Source of the DNA: Ascidiella aspersa
Lineage: Eukaryota
NCBI GenBank assembly: GCA_963924565.1
Contig: OZ004609.1
Location: forward strand, 8,370,001 to 8,434,000
Direction: 5' to 3'
Length of the DNA stretch: 64,000 bases
The translations under genes and the position numbers were made by a program. Shown piece after piece: positions 39,201-64,000 of this stretch (positions are counted from its first letter, which is position 1; every line of letters begins with the position of its first letter). The notes below the pieces were generated by a model, which saw only the letters and a program-made list of their open reading frames with translations, was not told where the DNA came from and did not search any database.

Positions 39201-39527
39201 ATGCTGGCCTAAATAAAGAAAAGAAAAAGAGAGAAACGTTCATAAACGGTACTCTTGCTAGCCTTATAAATTTTTTTTTATTTTACAATTCGACTAGAAG
39301 AGCCACAAAAAACATGCCGGCGAGCCGCAGTTTGCCCACCCCTGATGTAGACTGTTCGTAAATAATCGCCATTTGACCATGTTTTTTTTTAACAGCACGG
39401 AATAGACTCGAAGCAGCCCCTAAAGTACACCCATCTGGACATCGCTGGGTCAGAAGGGAATTTCCCCGGTATCCCCTCAGGGTGCCCCGTTCCAGCTCTT
39501 TGCTTTAGGCACTTGAAGGAGAAGTGA
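24293..39527 (+). CDS. M17 (cytosol/leucyl) aminopeptidase, W07G4.4/dip-B-like
   Basis: 14 phase-consistent exons: 24293-24297, 24505-24640, 25334-25396, 26472-26608, 27171-27267, 27783-27859, 29488-29587, 31285-31360, 33784-33974, 34539-34661, 34964-35119, 35938-36064, 37797-37909, 39396-39527. Motifs TGPVNRDYDDVRRF, GSDPERMAPP, VGKGVTYDTGG...MHRDKGGAA, NTDAEGR, IATLTG, HLDIAG. Confidence 0.92.
24798..25093. mobile_element. Degenerate hAT-like MITE with ACCGAT/ATCGGC subterminal repeats
   Basis: Begins TAGATCGACCGAT and ends ACCGATATCTCTA, with repeated CCGAT/ATCGG motifs. Confidence 0.45.
26235..26401. repeat. Near-perfect ~167-bp palindrome (hairpin element) in aminopeptidase intron 3
   Basis: ~70-bp arms TTCAATAAAAGCGACATTTCGCAATTT...CATCAGTGTAAAAAT and their reverse complement. 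The centre contains AAAATCAAGTCCTT twice. Confidence 0.9.
28560..28843. mobile_element. hAT/Buster-type MITE, shorter relative of 38897-39344
   Basis: Starts CAGGGGTGGGCAAC and shares long internal blocks (TCAATGGAAGA.CCATTTG, AATCTCTAAAACCTTAGCAAT, GAAAAGAAAAAGAGAGAAACGTTCATAA) with the 38.9-kb copy. Confidence 0.8.
28862..29430 (+). repeat. Diverged tandem duplication (~320-bp period) in aminopeptidase intron 6
   Basis: CAGTATGGGGAATTA...AATTGACAATG...ACGAACC...AAAACAGCAGTCG starts at ~28862 and again at ~29180. Confidence 0.7.
30473..30920. mobile_element. hAT/Charlie-type MITE
   Basis: Ends CACTGGTCGGCAACC / GGTTGCCGACACTA with subterminal CCGGTCCGCG repeats. A related end is at 9411. 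Confidence 0.6.
31409..31726 (-). mobile_element. hAT/Buster-type MITE, inverted shorter copy of 31903-32346
   Basis: TIRs CAGTGCTTCATAAAC / TTAAGAAACACTG. The internal sequence is the reverse complement of the adjacent copy. Confidence 0.85.
31903..32346 (+). mobile_element. hAT/Buster-type MITE
   Basis: TIRs CAGTGTTTCTTAA / TAATAAGCACTG; perfect 8-bp TSD CGTTAGAC (31895-31902, 32347-32354) with central TA. Confidence 0.9.
33320..33820 (+). repeat. Triplication of the intron 8/exon 9 junction of the aminopeptidase
   Basis: CCAAGA.TTAAC.TATCTT...TTTCT then a GGT.CC.CG.CACAA...AGG.TTAT-like block occurs three times with a ~200-220-bp period. Only the last copy has a CAG acceptor. Confidence 0.85.
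36442..36620 (+). repeat. ~90-bp tandem duplication
   Basis: AGGACGAAACAAGCCTGGC...CATTTGAACAGCTTTTGTGTCAGATTATAAG occurs twice. Confidence 0.85.
36780..37094. mobile_element. hAT/Buster-type MITE
   Basis: TIRs CAGTGCTTTCAACCC / GGGTGAAAAGCACTG; TSD GTATAGTA / GTATAGTG; internal GTGCGGATG repeats. Confidence 0.8.
38897..39344. mobile_element. hAT/Buster-type MITE
   Basis: TIRs CAGGGTTGGCCAAA / TTTGCCCACCCCTG; TSD ATATAGAC / ATGTAGAC. Confidence 0.85.
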
Positions 39528-41709
39528 TCACACAAAGCCAAGTCGGAACGCTGTAGATATTTCAGCAGTGGGAGGTCGTAATTTCATTTCAATTCATTTG
39601 TATTTTCGCCCTGGTTTATAATGCGTAATAATGTGTGCGATTAAGGCGGAGATAGTGTTTTATTAATATGAGTCAAAAGCTGCTAAACAAAGTATTTTTT
39701 CGGCCGTCTTTTGTTTGCAATAAGGCTGTGTACAGTTGGATATACATTTACTGTAGAAACGAAATCCTTTTTTAAATCACTTATAATAATATACAAAATG
39801 CCAATTTATTGTCAGGATTTAGATTCTGCTCTCCGCTATGCGTTTTCAAGTTTAATTCATAAAATATATATATTGCGTTTATAATTGTACGATTTATTCT
39901 CGACTTTTTTGCGAATATGCAACTGGCGAAATTTTTGAAGCTACCTTTAGCAATATAATTTCTTGTAAATTGTGCGTTTCTTTGATCACACAGTGCAATT
40001 CGACTTATGTATATTCCGCCGACCATCTCATTGTGCCACGTCATTTTTTCAAGCAAGTGATTGCGATTGATTTTTTTTCACAAGTTCCAATAAACAACAT
40101 CAATCATTCCACAAGATTGCGTTTTGTTTCTACGTTATTATTTCCCAGCAACCAGAGCCATTCGATATTTTTTTTAGTTGAAAGTTTTGACATCTGTTAA
40201 ATAACCAGAGGAGCTGTTTTTTATTTGTATTTATTACTATGCCTGGTAGCAACAGTTTATATATTGACATCAATTTTCTTGAAATAACCACTTAAGGTAG
40301 GAAGCGTTACGTTTTATCATTATAACTGCATCCAGTGCTCGTACAATTTTTTTAGTGAAAAATATGCTGTAAACCTGCTGGTGTATTCCACAAAATGTTT
40401 GTATGGTTCACCTTGGGGTAAGCCTAAAAAATCGGTTAAACACGTTAAGCGTAATGCCACTAAAAACTGCTGGTGTACTGGCCCATGACCATGCTTTTCG
40501 GTGACGCGCCCTTCCAACAAATGCATCGATCGAAACAATTATTGTGCGTTCTTGCGACAATCAACAAAAGGTTAAAATGTAAGCTGCAAATTCGTGCAAA
40601 ATGATCACTCTATTTTGCTTTAAGAGTTAACGTTTGCAGCTTTATGATCTGTCTCCGCTGTCGGCAGCCCTGCATATTACCTAACGATCATATTCCTTAA
40701 GTAAATGTTGATTGGAGGTTAAAGCATGATCAACATATCCAAAGCAAATCTCACAGAAATGGGATCAACGTGGTGTATGTCTAGATCTAGGGGGAACACA
40801 CAATAAGACCTACAAAGCAACAATATGTAAAATAACAGCTAATTTGAAATAAGTCCTAAACCTGTCGGAATAAGATTTAAATGGCCAAAAAGCCAAAACG
40901 CCTTAAAATGTGGGAAGACGGCGGGACGAACGGAGGATATCAGTCTGGCATCGTCCGTTTTGCTGTCAATGGTTTGGCGCCCTAGTTTTAGCGGCGCTGG
41001 TATACCAGTAGGCTAGGGCGCTGCTTTTTGGCACTGGATTTGTTTTCTCCGTTTTGGGTTAGTGGTGGGTAATGGGTGAAGTTGGAAATTGTTTTAGGGT
41101 CAAAATTATCGGGCAGTTAGTCATCTACTTAGGGCACGGCTTCTTAAACTTTTCTTACCGCAAAACCTAAAAATATCATAAATAAATTGACGTATATAAA
41201 TTGACGTCACAATACAAATAAACTTCATAAATCTAAAGTAAAATGGAGTCTATATGCAGTCAGTGGAAAACCGTTTTGTTTTTAATTAAACTGCTTTCTT
41301 TGAAAAAAATGATTACTTTTTAAATATAAACAAAAAAATTCAATTAGGCCTTCATGGACCCCCAACTAATTTACGGACCCCAAGGATACCATAGGCCGCA
41401 GTTAAAGAACCTCTAACTTATGGGGATTAGGGTTTAGGTCAGTGCTTCTTAACCTTTTTTCGCGGCGACCCAAATATTAAGCGTAAGTATGACAACTAAG
41501 CTTTGGCGACCCAACAGTTTTTTCTTGTAAGCAAAATATAAAACTGTAGCTTCTTGTAAGCGAACAAAAAATATTCATTAGCATAAAGAACTTTCACACA
41601 TTTGTGTGAATGTTTCATTGAATAAATTATATGGTGCTGTGGATCCCCTTCTGTGAGGTTGCTTGTGCTAACAGATTGAGCAAGCAGTGGCGCATGGTTG
41701 CCCTTCTGG

Positions 41710-41784
41710 GCCTGCATAGCTCAGTTGGTAGAGCGACGGTCCCGGCTTGACCGGAGGTCGTGAGTTCGAACCTCACTGCAGGCT
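41710..41784 (+). mobile_element. tRNA-like element with full cloverleaf (SINE head or atypical tRNA gene)
   Basis: Acceptor stem GCCTGCA/TGCAGGC, D arm GCTC-AGTTGGTA-GAGC, stem CGGTC/GACCG around loop CCGGCTT, T arm GTGAG-TTCGAAC-CTCAC. No U33 and 2 nt longer than canonical around the anticodon arm. Second copy at 9645. Confidence 0.7.
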
Positions 41785-44700
41785 AGTTGTTTTTCTAGTC
41801 TCCTCTGCTTGCATCAGAGATCAACAGATTCGGTGCGTAAGCCGTAGTCGTTGGTTAGAAAGCAGCTTCGAATCTCAGTTATTAACACACATATGTATGA
41901 ATGTTTCATTAGCATAAAGAATTTCGAATTTTAAAAAATATTATAAGAAATTATTTGTATTGCTTCCTTGATTTCCAAATTGAAAAATCTTTCTCAGAAC
42001 CAATCTTAATTGATATAAACATGTGAGCTACTTCGGTCGGCGACCCAACCAAATCAAACAGCGACCCAATTTTGGGTAAATGCTGCCTGATGGTTTGAAA
42101 ATGGACTTAGTCGGTACAAAGTAAATTGAATAATAGAAGATAAAACAACATTTGTTGAACGCAGTTCAAAGAATTGATGCACTAATTGCCTTATATCTGT
42201 TCCTTGAAAGATGTGCTATTCGCAGCACCGAAATAATACGACAAAATGATATTTGTGTCCTTTAAGCATTGGCCAGCAGCAGAAAGAAGATCTCCTTTTA
42301 AGCAAGGATGTAAGGTTAGTTAGAACCAAAGCAATCTGACATTACATAAAAATATTTAAAAAAATGTTTTGCAAAGGATGTAATAAAATTTAATCTATTA
42401 TAATAATTATTTATAAAAAAGATATTATTCCTTTTTACATTATCTTCATGTTTTATTATTCAATCCGGTTTAGGTAAAATGTTGTATACCTGATTCTCAC
42501 AATATAGGTCTTATTCCGACAGGTTTAAGACTTATTCCAAGTTAGTGGTTATTACGACTATTATTTATTAATCCTATTTTGATCTCATTCCGTCTTGTGG
42601 CGCAGTAGAAAAAAAAATGGATAGTTAACACCTATCCGGCAAAGGTAGGGTTATCTAACTTCAACCACGGACCTTCATAAAAACAGTTCTACAGACTTCT
42701 TGAAAATAAATGTTTTCCTAGGTTGGTTGCGAAATATCACACCACCATTCGGCAAATAGCCTGTACGTTATTTTATTTACATATCACACCGGCCGACAAT
42801 CGTATGATGTACACGAGCAGTATCACCTGACGTGATTTGCCTGTCATTTATTAACAGGATTGGGCCTAAATAGAGGTGGCGTGAGACAACGATCATTTTA
42901 TGTCGACAACCGTTTTTACTTCGCTGGCGAATGACGCAATTATATTTTACAGCAGAAGGCTGCGTGAAGGACAAGGTGATTTATTGGACCAGATTTAGAA
43001 CGCATTGTCCTATATACACATCATTACCGCACCTGAAAAATAGTAAACATGTCATATATCGCAAGGGTATATACCCCGATCAATTTATACCAAAAATACA
43101 ATTTTTCTCAAGTATAGAGGTTTCTGATTGTGATGTAGCCTAATGCTTTTTGTCATAAGCGGGATTCTATAGCTGGTAACTGAAAATTAAAATTCGTTGT
43201 AGGTCTACTGGTTTACGTAAAATAAAACGCTGTTAATATCGTTAAAATAGATCTAACTTTTAATCGCGCACGAGCACTTTTGGTCTTCCGTGTTTTATAT
43301 TTATACACATCGTTATTAAAGATCTTCGTAAAAGAACATAATCATAGCCTAAATACCACCGATTTCACAGATGGCCTTACCCCCCTAAAACTGTATTTTA
43401 CCCTGTTGTAAAAGAAAGTAATTGCAAAAAAATTTGCGATTCGCACAAGTCCCTTTAGGCTTTCATTGTTTCATGGCAGAATTTCATAGTGTCGTTTTGC
43501 CCAAAAGGTGCGTGCGTCTTATTGCGCCTTCGAAAATGGATGTTTTGTCCCCTAAACGAAGGTGTTTGCAAGGTTTTTCATTATGAAGTCACGTTATGTC
43601 GTAAAATTGTTGCGTCATATCTATAATGTTTTAATGTCCCCCAAAAAATCCTTGGTCCGACCCTGGGCGCCACTTACTAAAGAGTTTGCCCCGGAGCCAA
43701 AACCAACAAGTTAAAAATAACAATATTTCTAAAGAACTTTCGACGAGCCATTGCTCGTAAGTCTGGGAGGGTTGCCTATACTGTGGAATTCGGCCAATAG
43801 GGTAGTAACTTTATTACCAATGACAGTTTGCGGAATCATTGTTTGGTAGAAATTGTTCGCTGAAAAGAACTTCGAAGGCTTCCAAATGGAAATCAAACAT
43901 AAATTGGAACCAAAATGTGCTTCTTTTAGGCGCGACACACAGAAAAAAACGTCCATAACTCTATACGTGAGTTTAATTGGTTTTGTAAAATCGATGTGCC
44001 TTATTGCGCAGGTGCTCGAGTATCGCGCAAGATAGTTGCTGAAAGAACCCATCAGTTAATAACTTCTCTTCACCACTTTCAACCTTTACTCCACATACAA
44101 CTCAAGCGCCGGTAGGTTAGTGCAGGGTACGCACCTGTCCCGAATGTGTGCAATTACCAACATGAGCACGCTAGTTGGTTATTAAGGTAAACAATTTGCT
44201 TGCTGCTGGTTTAAAAATTGCACCGCGCTTTGCAACTGAAAGTAATAAAACCCCGGTGTTGAAGTTTGGCTTTTACGCTAACAGTAAATAAGCTGAAACT
44301 ACAAGCGATTTACGGCAAAGTGTATCACACTCCGAATCACTGTAAAGCGCATAACAGTGTTCTCACACTAATACAGAACGCATAGGTTTTCTCAGAACTC
44401 CAATCAAAATTTCAAAAAAGCATTGATATGCGACAACATACCTAGTTGTGCTGATGGGGCTAATTGCATTAACTCGCATATAATTGTTTGCAAAGTTTAT
44501 CCTTGAAACAAGCGGTTTTGAATTCATTCGAAACAGGATGTACTGACGATTCCTTAACTGGCTATTAGCCTAAATAGGCTATACATACATACTATATATA
44601 TTAACATCAAAAGAAAGTTTCTGTCATTGATTACTAGCTCTTCCGGCATATCCTGCAGTTACTGATCAAGAATTGAGGTAGACAATTATCTTACAAGGGT

Positions 44701-45054
44701 CAAGGTGATTTGCAATATCTTATATTTAGTGTAACACACATTTTGGGGAGAAATTTACAACTCTAGCCTCGTAAATAAGTCTTCCCAAAGGTCAATAAGT
44801 CTACTAGCTGCAGTTGTGTTGACGATTGTAACGCAAGTTGAACTGTTTTATTTTTAAGTCATCATTTTAACAGTATATTATTATTTAAAGTCACGATTAT
44901 ATGGAAATTGTTCAAAAGAAAAAAATCTGTAATCGCTACGAGATTAGCGTATTTTATAAAGCAAGCGAGGCCACTACGAACGATTTTAGTTTTGAAAAAT
45001 TGTCCTTATTGCCAGTAATTAACAGAATAAATAGTCTTTCAGCACTCTATTTAC

Positions 45055-45519
45055 TCAGTGGAAGCCGTTGACGATTGCCACCGGAGTTTCGAGACAGGCG
45101 ATCATGTTGCCGCCCTCCTTCTTATCCTTTAGCATCCATTGGACGACCAAATCAATGTCGGGATAGCTTTTAAGAACCGAGATAGAGGTCGTGTAGCTGT
45201 ACATGGCGCCGTTCTTGAGGGGGCAAGTCAGTCCGCTGTCCATGCAGGCGTTGGGCTGATCTATCGGAAAAGGCACGGAAACGCCGCTAATGATACCGTT
45301 AATTGCAGAGTGCGCCTCGTCGGAATCTTCCAGCATCTTGAACGTGGCTTTAATGGTGTACTTCTGGCCCTTCATTAGTTTACAGGGGCTCATAGTGCAA
45401 GGAGCTAGCGTGACATTGGTCAGCTTGCCCACCTTGGAGCCGCAGTCCTTGTATGTAATGTCGGCGCGCGCCGTCGCTAGCACGAAGGCGGCCGCCAGGA
45501 GAGTACAAAGCAACTTCAT
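45055..45519 (-). CDS. NPC2: NPC intracellular cholesterol transporter 2 (ML-domain protein), intronless CDS
   Basis: 154 aa: signal peptide, YKDCGS, PC...PC.L.KG, GVSVPFP...NAC..SGLTCPL..G..YSY, V.KSYP...LVVQW.LKD, six conserved Cys. Confidence 0.93.
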   Translation of the reverse strand: MKLLCTLLAAAFVLATARADITYKDCGSKVGKLTNVTLAPCTMSPCKLMKGQKYTIKATFKMLEDSDEAHSAINGIISGVSVPFPIDQPNACMDSGLTCPLKNGAMYSYTTSISVLKSYPDIDLVVQWMLKDKKEGGNMIACLETPVAIVNGFH

Positions 45520-46405
45520 TTTTGCTATTGATGTTGATGCTTTTTAGCGCTACTGGAAACCTGAAATAGTTAGATACAAACGAACGATCATCAGCGAGAG
45601 ACTCAAACCACACAACCGGGTTATTATCAATGAATACGGGAAAACAAAAGCAGTATAACTACATTTAAACTGACAACAAATTTGTTTTTATTTACTAAGC
45701 GTTTGGCCCACAAGTAATTGCTTTCCTGTTATATCTGGATTTTGTCACCATACAAAGTAGGCTACATTAAATCACTTTGCATCAGTTTTGAAATGCTAAT
45801 TGCAATAACTGAACTTTTTTGTGCCCCATGCAACAGTCATTGCTCCAATGTCTTGCCTAGGTTGACTAACGACCTGCGACTAAAGTGATAGCACCCACCA
45901 GGTACGACGCAGTATTTCCGTGTGTGCATAGCGAACACCCTTTACTGCCACCAGCGTACGCTTGTTCTAAACAACAACACGGAAAAATCATAGTCGTCCC
46001 GCAATTATTAAAAACTAATAAAATCAGTGTAATTATTGAATGCTATAAACAATGGTTAAAACAGATTACTTAACTTATAAATAAACTAACTGTAAAATTG
46101 TGGTTGTAAATTCCATTTATTTCTATAAAAACAAAATGTTTTAAAACTTTAGCGCATGTATGGAAAGGAGACGAAGGATTTTATCGTTAATAGTTTGAAT
46201 CAAGCTTCTGCCTTTCTGCCTTGTAAAGAAAAAGAATTATAAAAAAGATCCAAAATGGCAACCTATTTTCTCAACAATGCAAAATAGGGAAAGCCCCTGT
46301 TATAGTGTTATTAACACGTCACTCATAAATTCAAAGTATTTTGTTTTGGCGTATATAATTAAATGTTTAGGCGTACATTGAAACTTTCCTAGGAAACACA
46401 ATACG
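45520..46405. promoter_or_regulatory. Probable bidirectional promoter/outron region between divergent NPC2 and STX18
   Basis: Start codons are 886 bp apart, head-to-head. Splice-acceptor-like TTTCAG on the minus strand (45566-45561) and CCTAG on the plus strand (ending 46392) lie just upstream of each ATG. Inferred from geometry only. Confidence 0.5.
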
Positions 46406-51397
<4,992 letters not shown>

Positions 51398-51441
51398 ACT
51401 ACTGTGTCCTTTTATTTACCTGTGCAATGCGTTTTTTTTTC

Positions 51442-51447
51442 AATAAA
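51442..51447 (+). terminator. Polyadenylation signal of STX18
   Basis: AATAAA 45 nt after the stop, followed by GT/T-rich sequence. Confidence 0.6.
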
Positions 51448-52034
51448 TACTCTGTATTGTATTTGTAGCATTGTTACGACCTTAAAGCGCTAATCTAAAT
51501 ATTCCAGATATACCTAACAACACTTGTTCGAAGTTAGTTTTCACATATCATGCATGTTTTTAGTAATTTACTAAATTTCATGGGAACAAAACTTAACATT
51601 TCTTAGTTGCTAATAATTCAAGTTCAACAATTCTCAGCACTTATTCATGGCATTTTCGTTTGCCGGAATGAAGGATACAACTTGTACGTTCATTTTTAGT
51701 CGGTTATAGTTGAGCAATTAGGGTTGCTAATTTTAGCACGGCACCTTTAGTCCTTAAGCTTAAGTCGAAGATTAATGGCGGCTTAAGCATCTTACGCAGT
51801 CTTATATAGATCTCTCAAAGTGAACGATCCCCTTTTTTCCAACAGTTTTGAGCCCGGAACACTACGGTATATTGTTGAAAATCATCTTGCGGAACACCAA
51901 ACGAAAATTTATCATAATGCATTGAAATGAGCCATTCGATAATACCAATTTATTTACGTTCAGTTTCCTGAGTGGGATATTTGGGCCTGTTAGGATAATA
52001 ATAAAATACATTTGCGCTTTATATTGTACCCAAC

Positions 52035-52554
52035 CAGTGGTGGGATTCAATTTTTTTGTCAGCTGGTGCTATCACAAAAGTCATACATTTCAGCCGGTGC
52101 TGTTACAAAAAGTCATATTTTCCGGGAAATAATTAAAGTAGTTGCAAGAAGAAAATGAAACCAGGTTCCAGCGAATGTTGCGAACTACGAACAGGCTGAA
52201 TCCCATCACTACTGGAGCGCAAACGCTACACTACTAACAGCCACACTAAAAAGCTGCAGTCGTCTTATGGCTACTTATGACGCAACAATAAGACTTTCAG
52301 ATAAACAATCACAAAGGAAAAATTACTACAATTATAAAAATTAACACAATGTATAACTGTTACGTGCGACCTTGACCATTACACATTTTGAAAAAATAAA
52401 ACATGAGCTACTTGAATCTGAAAATATCAATTTATGGAATAAAATGCAAAAGTCTATTGACAGTAACTAGTAATGCTAACCGGTTCGCTGATCAAATAAA
52501 ATTGTGTGAGACGGTTCTATAGAACCGGTGCGAACCGGCACAATCCCACCACTG
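52035..52554. mobile_element. hAT-type MITE
   Basis: TIRs CAGTGGTGGGATT / AATCCCACCACTG; subterminal AACCGG repeats; degenerate TSD TACCCAAC / TAGCTAAC. Confidence 0.8.
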
Positions 52555-54697
52555 TAGCTAACCAACAAATACAACACGTTCAATAAATTAAGCCAGTAAT
52601 TTGGTGGCTTTAAATTATTTTAGTAAACATATTATTTATGTCCTCGTACCGCTACGAGCCGCTGTCAGTTATTCAGCCTAACACGTTGTCGAGGGTTGGC
52701 AAGGATTATTACGTTAGTTAGGTAGTGAAGGAGTTGTATTAATGTTTCTTCAAGAAAAACAGCTTCTTGGGTATCATAAGACTCGGTAGTTTTACGTGGT
52801 CTTAATCGAGTCCGACTCCGCAGCCCTGCTGACAAGTGCATCTCCGAAAGGTATTCAGTTTTTATTAACTGCTGTGTTCATTTTCGTTTTTTAATTGATA
52901 TTTTTCTATAATTTATGTGATGGTCCAAAAATATGGACACAATTCAATGTTGCTTCTTGCTTCATCTGGCTTTTTCTAATTATAATTTTTTCGTTTTGAC
53001 TGTCCGTTTTTAAGTTTGATTCTAAAGTCGCTGGTTTTAGTGTTTTATATTTGTCAGATCGCTGCCTCTGTGCTCGTCATCTGCAGAGCTATAGCCGTAT
53101 GATCGTTTTTTTGGTCTGCCTGACTCGCCGCGTTTTCTGCCACGACATGTTCTTTCTTCGTCATGTTATTTCGGTAGAAGGTAGTATAATCGAAGGATCT
53201 TCAACCATCCTGCTGTGCTTTGTAAATTAACCTGGTCCCCTTTGCCAATTGCAGCTGCTTTTTGCAACGGCCTATTCTGTTTATTTTAATGAGAGTCTTG
53301 TTTTAAAACCGCCTTGAGTTGCTTCATTTTAAACTCTCCTCAATAGTGCATTAATGCTTACTGTTTGTACATTAGGGAAAATCCCCTATTTATAAAATTG
53401 TCATAGAATTCGTAAAAAAGACCGCGAAACGTAAATTGAAATGTGACTTTTCTAAATAGGCTTAATGTAATTAAAGGTGTAAGCGTTGAAAGTTTATTAG
53501 CGTTTAATAGTATTTTTCGCGTCGTGAAAATGAAAACGCCCTTCCAAAGTCACTTTGTCTAAATATCAATATAATTATGGAAATCTAGTGAATTGTATTA
53601 ATTAATGTAGCAAATAAATTTTGGGATATTAGCAAAGGACTTTTGGAAATAATAGAACCTTTATTGTATTTTACCTTTTGAATAAAACTTTGTTTAGTTA
53701 TATATTCTATGATTCTAACAGCACGATTTAAAAATTAAGAGATTAATTTCCAGTTTTGAAATTCTTGTTTTGTTCAACATTACACAACAACCTACATAAC
53801 CCATTTATAAACTTTGGATATTGTACAGAGGAGATGTTTATGTAACCTAAAATTTAGGGTTGATATCAAGTGAACACCCAGGTTGGAAAGTTAGGCCAGT
53901 TGCACTGTTAGACGCAGTCATAGCTGCACTTTTATCTAAAATCACCATTAAACGCCATTCATGGCTTAATATATTTTACAAAGATTTTACATGAAATGCC
54001 TGGCAACGATCACATAGGTTTTTTTTTAACCATTTTTGATGTTCTTGTTTAATTCTGTACTTGCGCAAATATGCATTGATGGCAATTCAGCCAAATATTG
54101 GCTTTCAGTCTGTGACATTTTCCACAATTTGTCGTAAATTTAAACCATTTGATCAAATTGCACATGCATTGGTGAGTGCCAGATTGGAAACTTTGGATTT
54201 TGTGCGGAGGACACGATTTTGCAGCTTGAAATCGCAGGGCTGAAATTACATTTCCGTCCAAATTTGCGCGGTTGTAATAACGTTATTTGTAAAATTTGCA
54301 TGGATGAAAATGGATTACTATACTGAAAATTGTTAGCGTGACGTAAGTTTTGTGCGTTTGAGTGATTTTTTGCTGCTGACCGCATTTTACGTTGAATTTA
54401 TATGAATAGCCTCCTATGACCGTGGCCGAGTGGGAAACAGGCCTTACCTTCTAACCTGGGGTGAGTGCAAATCTCAAATCCTGGCTTAATCTTGTCCCTG
54501 AAACCATAACATTTTAACCGCAATTGCATTGTTATTATCTGTGTTTCTATGTTTTTAGCCTACAAAATACCAATTTTTATAATAGATACTAATGAACTTT
54601 TGCTGTTTTTACTTTTCAGTTGTCATGTAGAATCATTTTGTGTTTTGTTCTTTTTTTCTTTCCCAATGAATTTTTTGTGTTTCACTCTTTTTGCGCT

Positions 54698-63936
<9,239 letters not shown>

Positions 63937-64000
63937 GTACGTTAGTACAAGGCCGCTTCAAATGCACTCGGCTCCAAAAATGAATGAAATAATTTGGAAA

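Noticed and set aside
41710-41784. Functional tRNA-Ala(GGC) gene
   Set aside because: No U33, non-canonical anticodon-arm spacing, GGC anticodon atypical for eukaryotic Ala, and a diverged second copy with a shared tail indicates a repeat.
43735-44035. Possible small spliced gene (TFDEPLLVSLGGLPILWNS...TSITLY/VLEYRAR), faintly M13-peptidase-like
   Set aside because: Requires 48- and 45-nt introns, shorter than the well-supported introns here, and similarity is too weak.
52900-53340. A-rich minus-strand stretch resembling decayed coding or retroelement sequence
   Set aside because: No sustained open frame or identifiable motif.
54417-54487. Degenerate tRNA/SINE-like A box (TGGCCGAGTGG) and B box (TCAAATCC)
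   Set aside because: B box is imperfect and no cloverleaf could be formed.

Overview
AT-rich, intron-containing animal genomic DNA with no prokaryotic features. A tunicate (ascidian) source is my inference from gene packing, intron sizes and outron-like AG acceptors. Recognisable genes, reconstructed by hand from GT-AG splice sites: TM2D2 (4 exons); intronless IGBP1/alpha4, starting only 21 nt after the TM2D2 stop; a 14-exon M17 aminopeptidase (W07G4.4/dip-B type); intronless NPC2 on the minus strand, head-to-head with syntaxin-18 (7 exons); and the first 15 exons (helicase domain) of POLQ, which runs off the window. The left 14 kb holds the least explained material. It contains a TIR-bounded DNA-transposon remnant carrying spliced Ulp1-protease and PHD-finger exons that the ORF track does not reveal, and an atlastin-like gene with broken G1/G3 GTPase motifs and no transmembrane hairpin. 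That gene ends in an unrecognised ~115-aa domain, and a neighbouring small gene appears to encode a stand-alone copy of it. Introns and intergenic DNA are dense with hAT/Buster-type MITEs (8-bp TSDs), a Harbinger-type MITE, palindromic elements, tRNA-like SINE heads and local tandem duplications. All homology calls are from remembered family motifs, not database searches.
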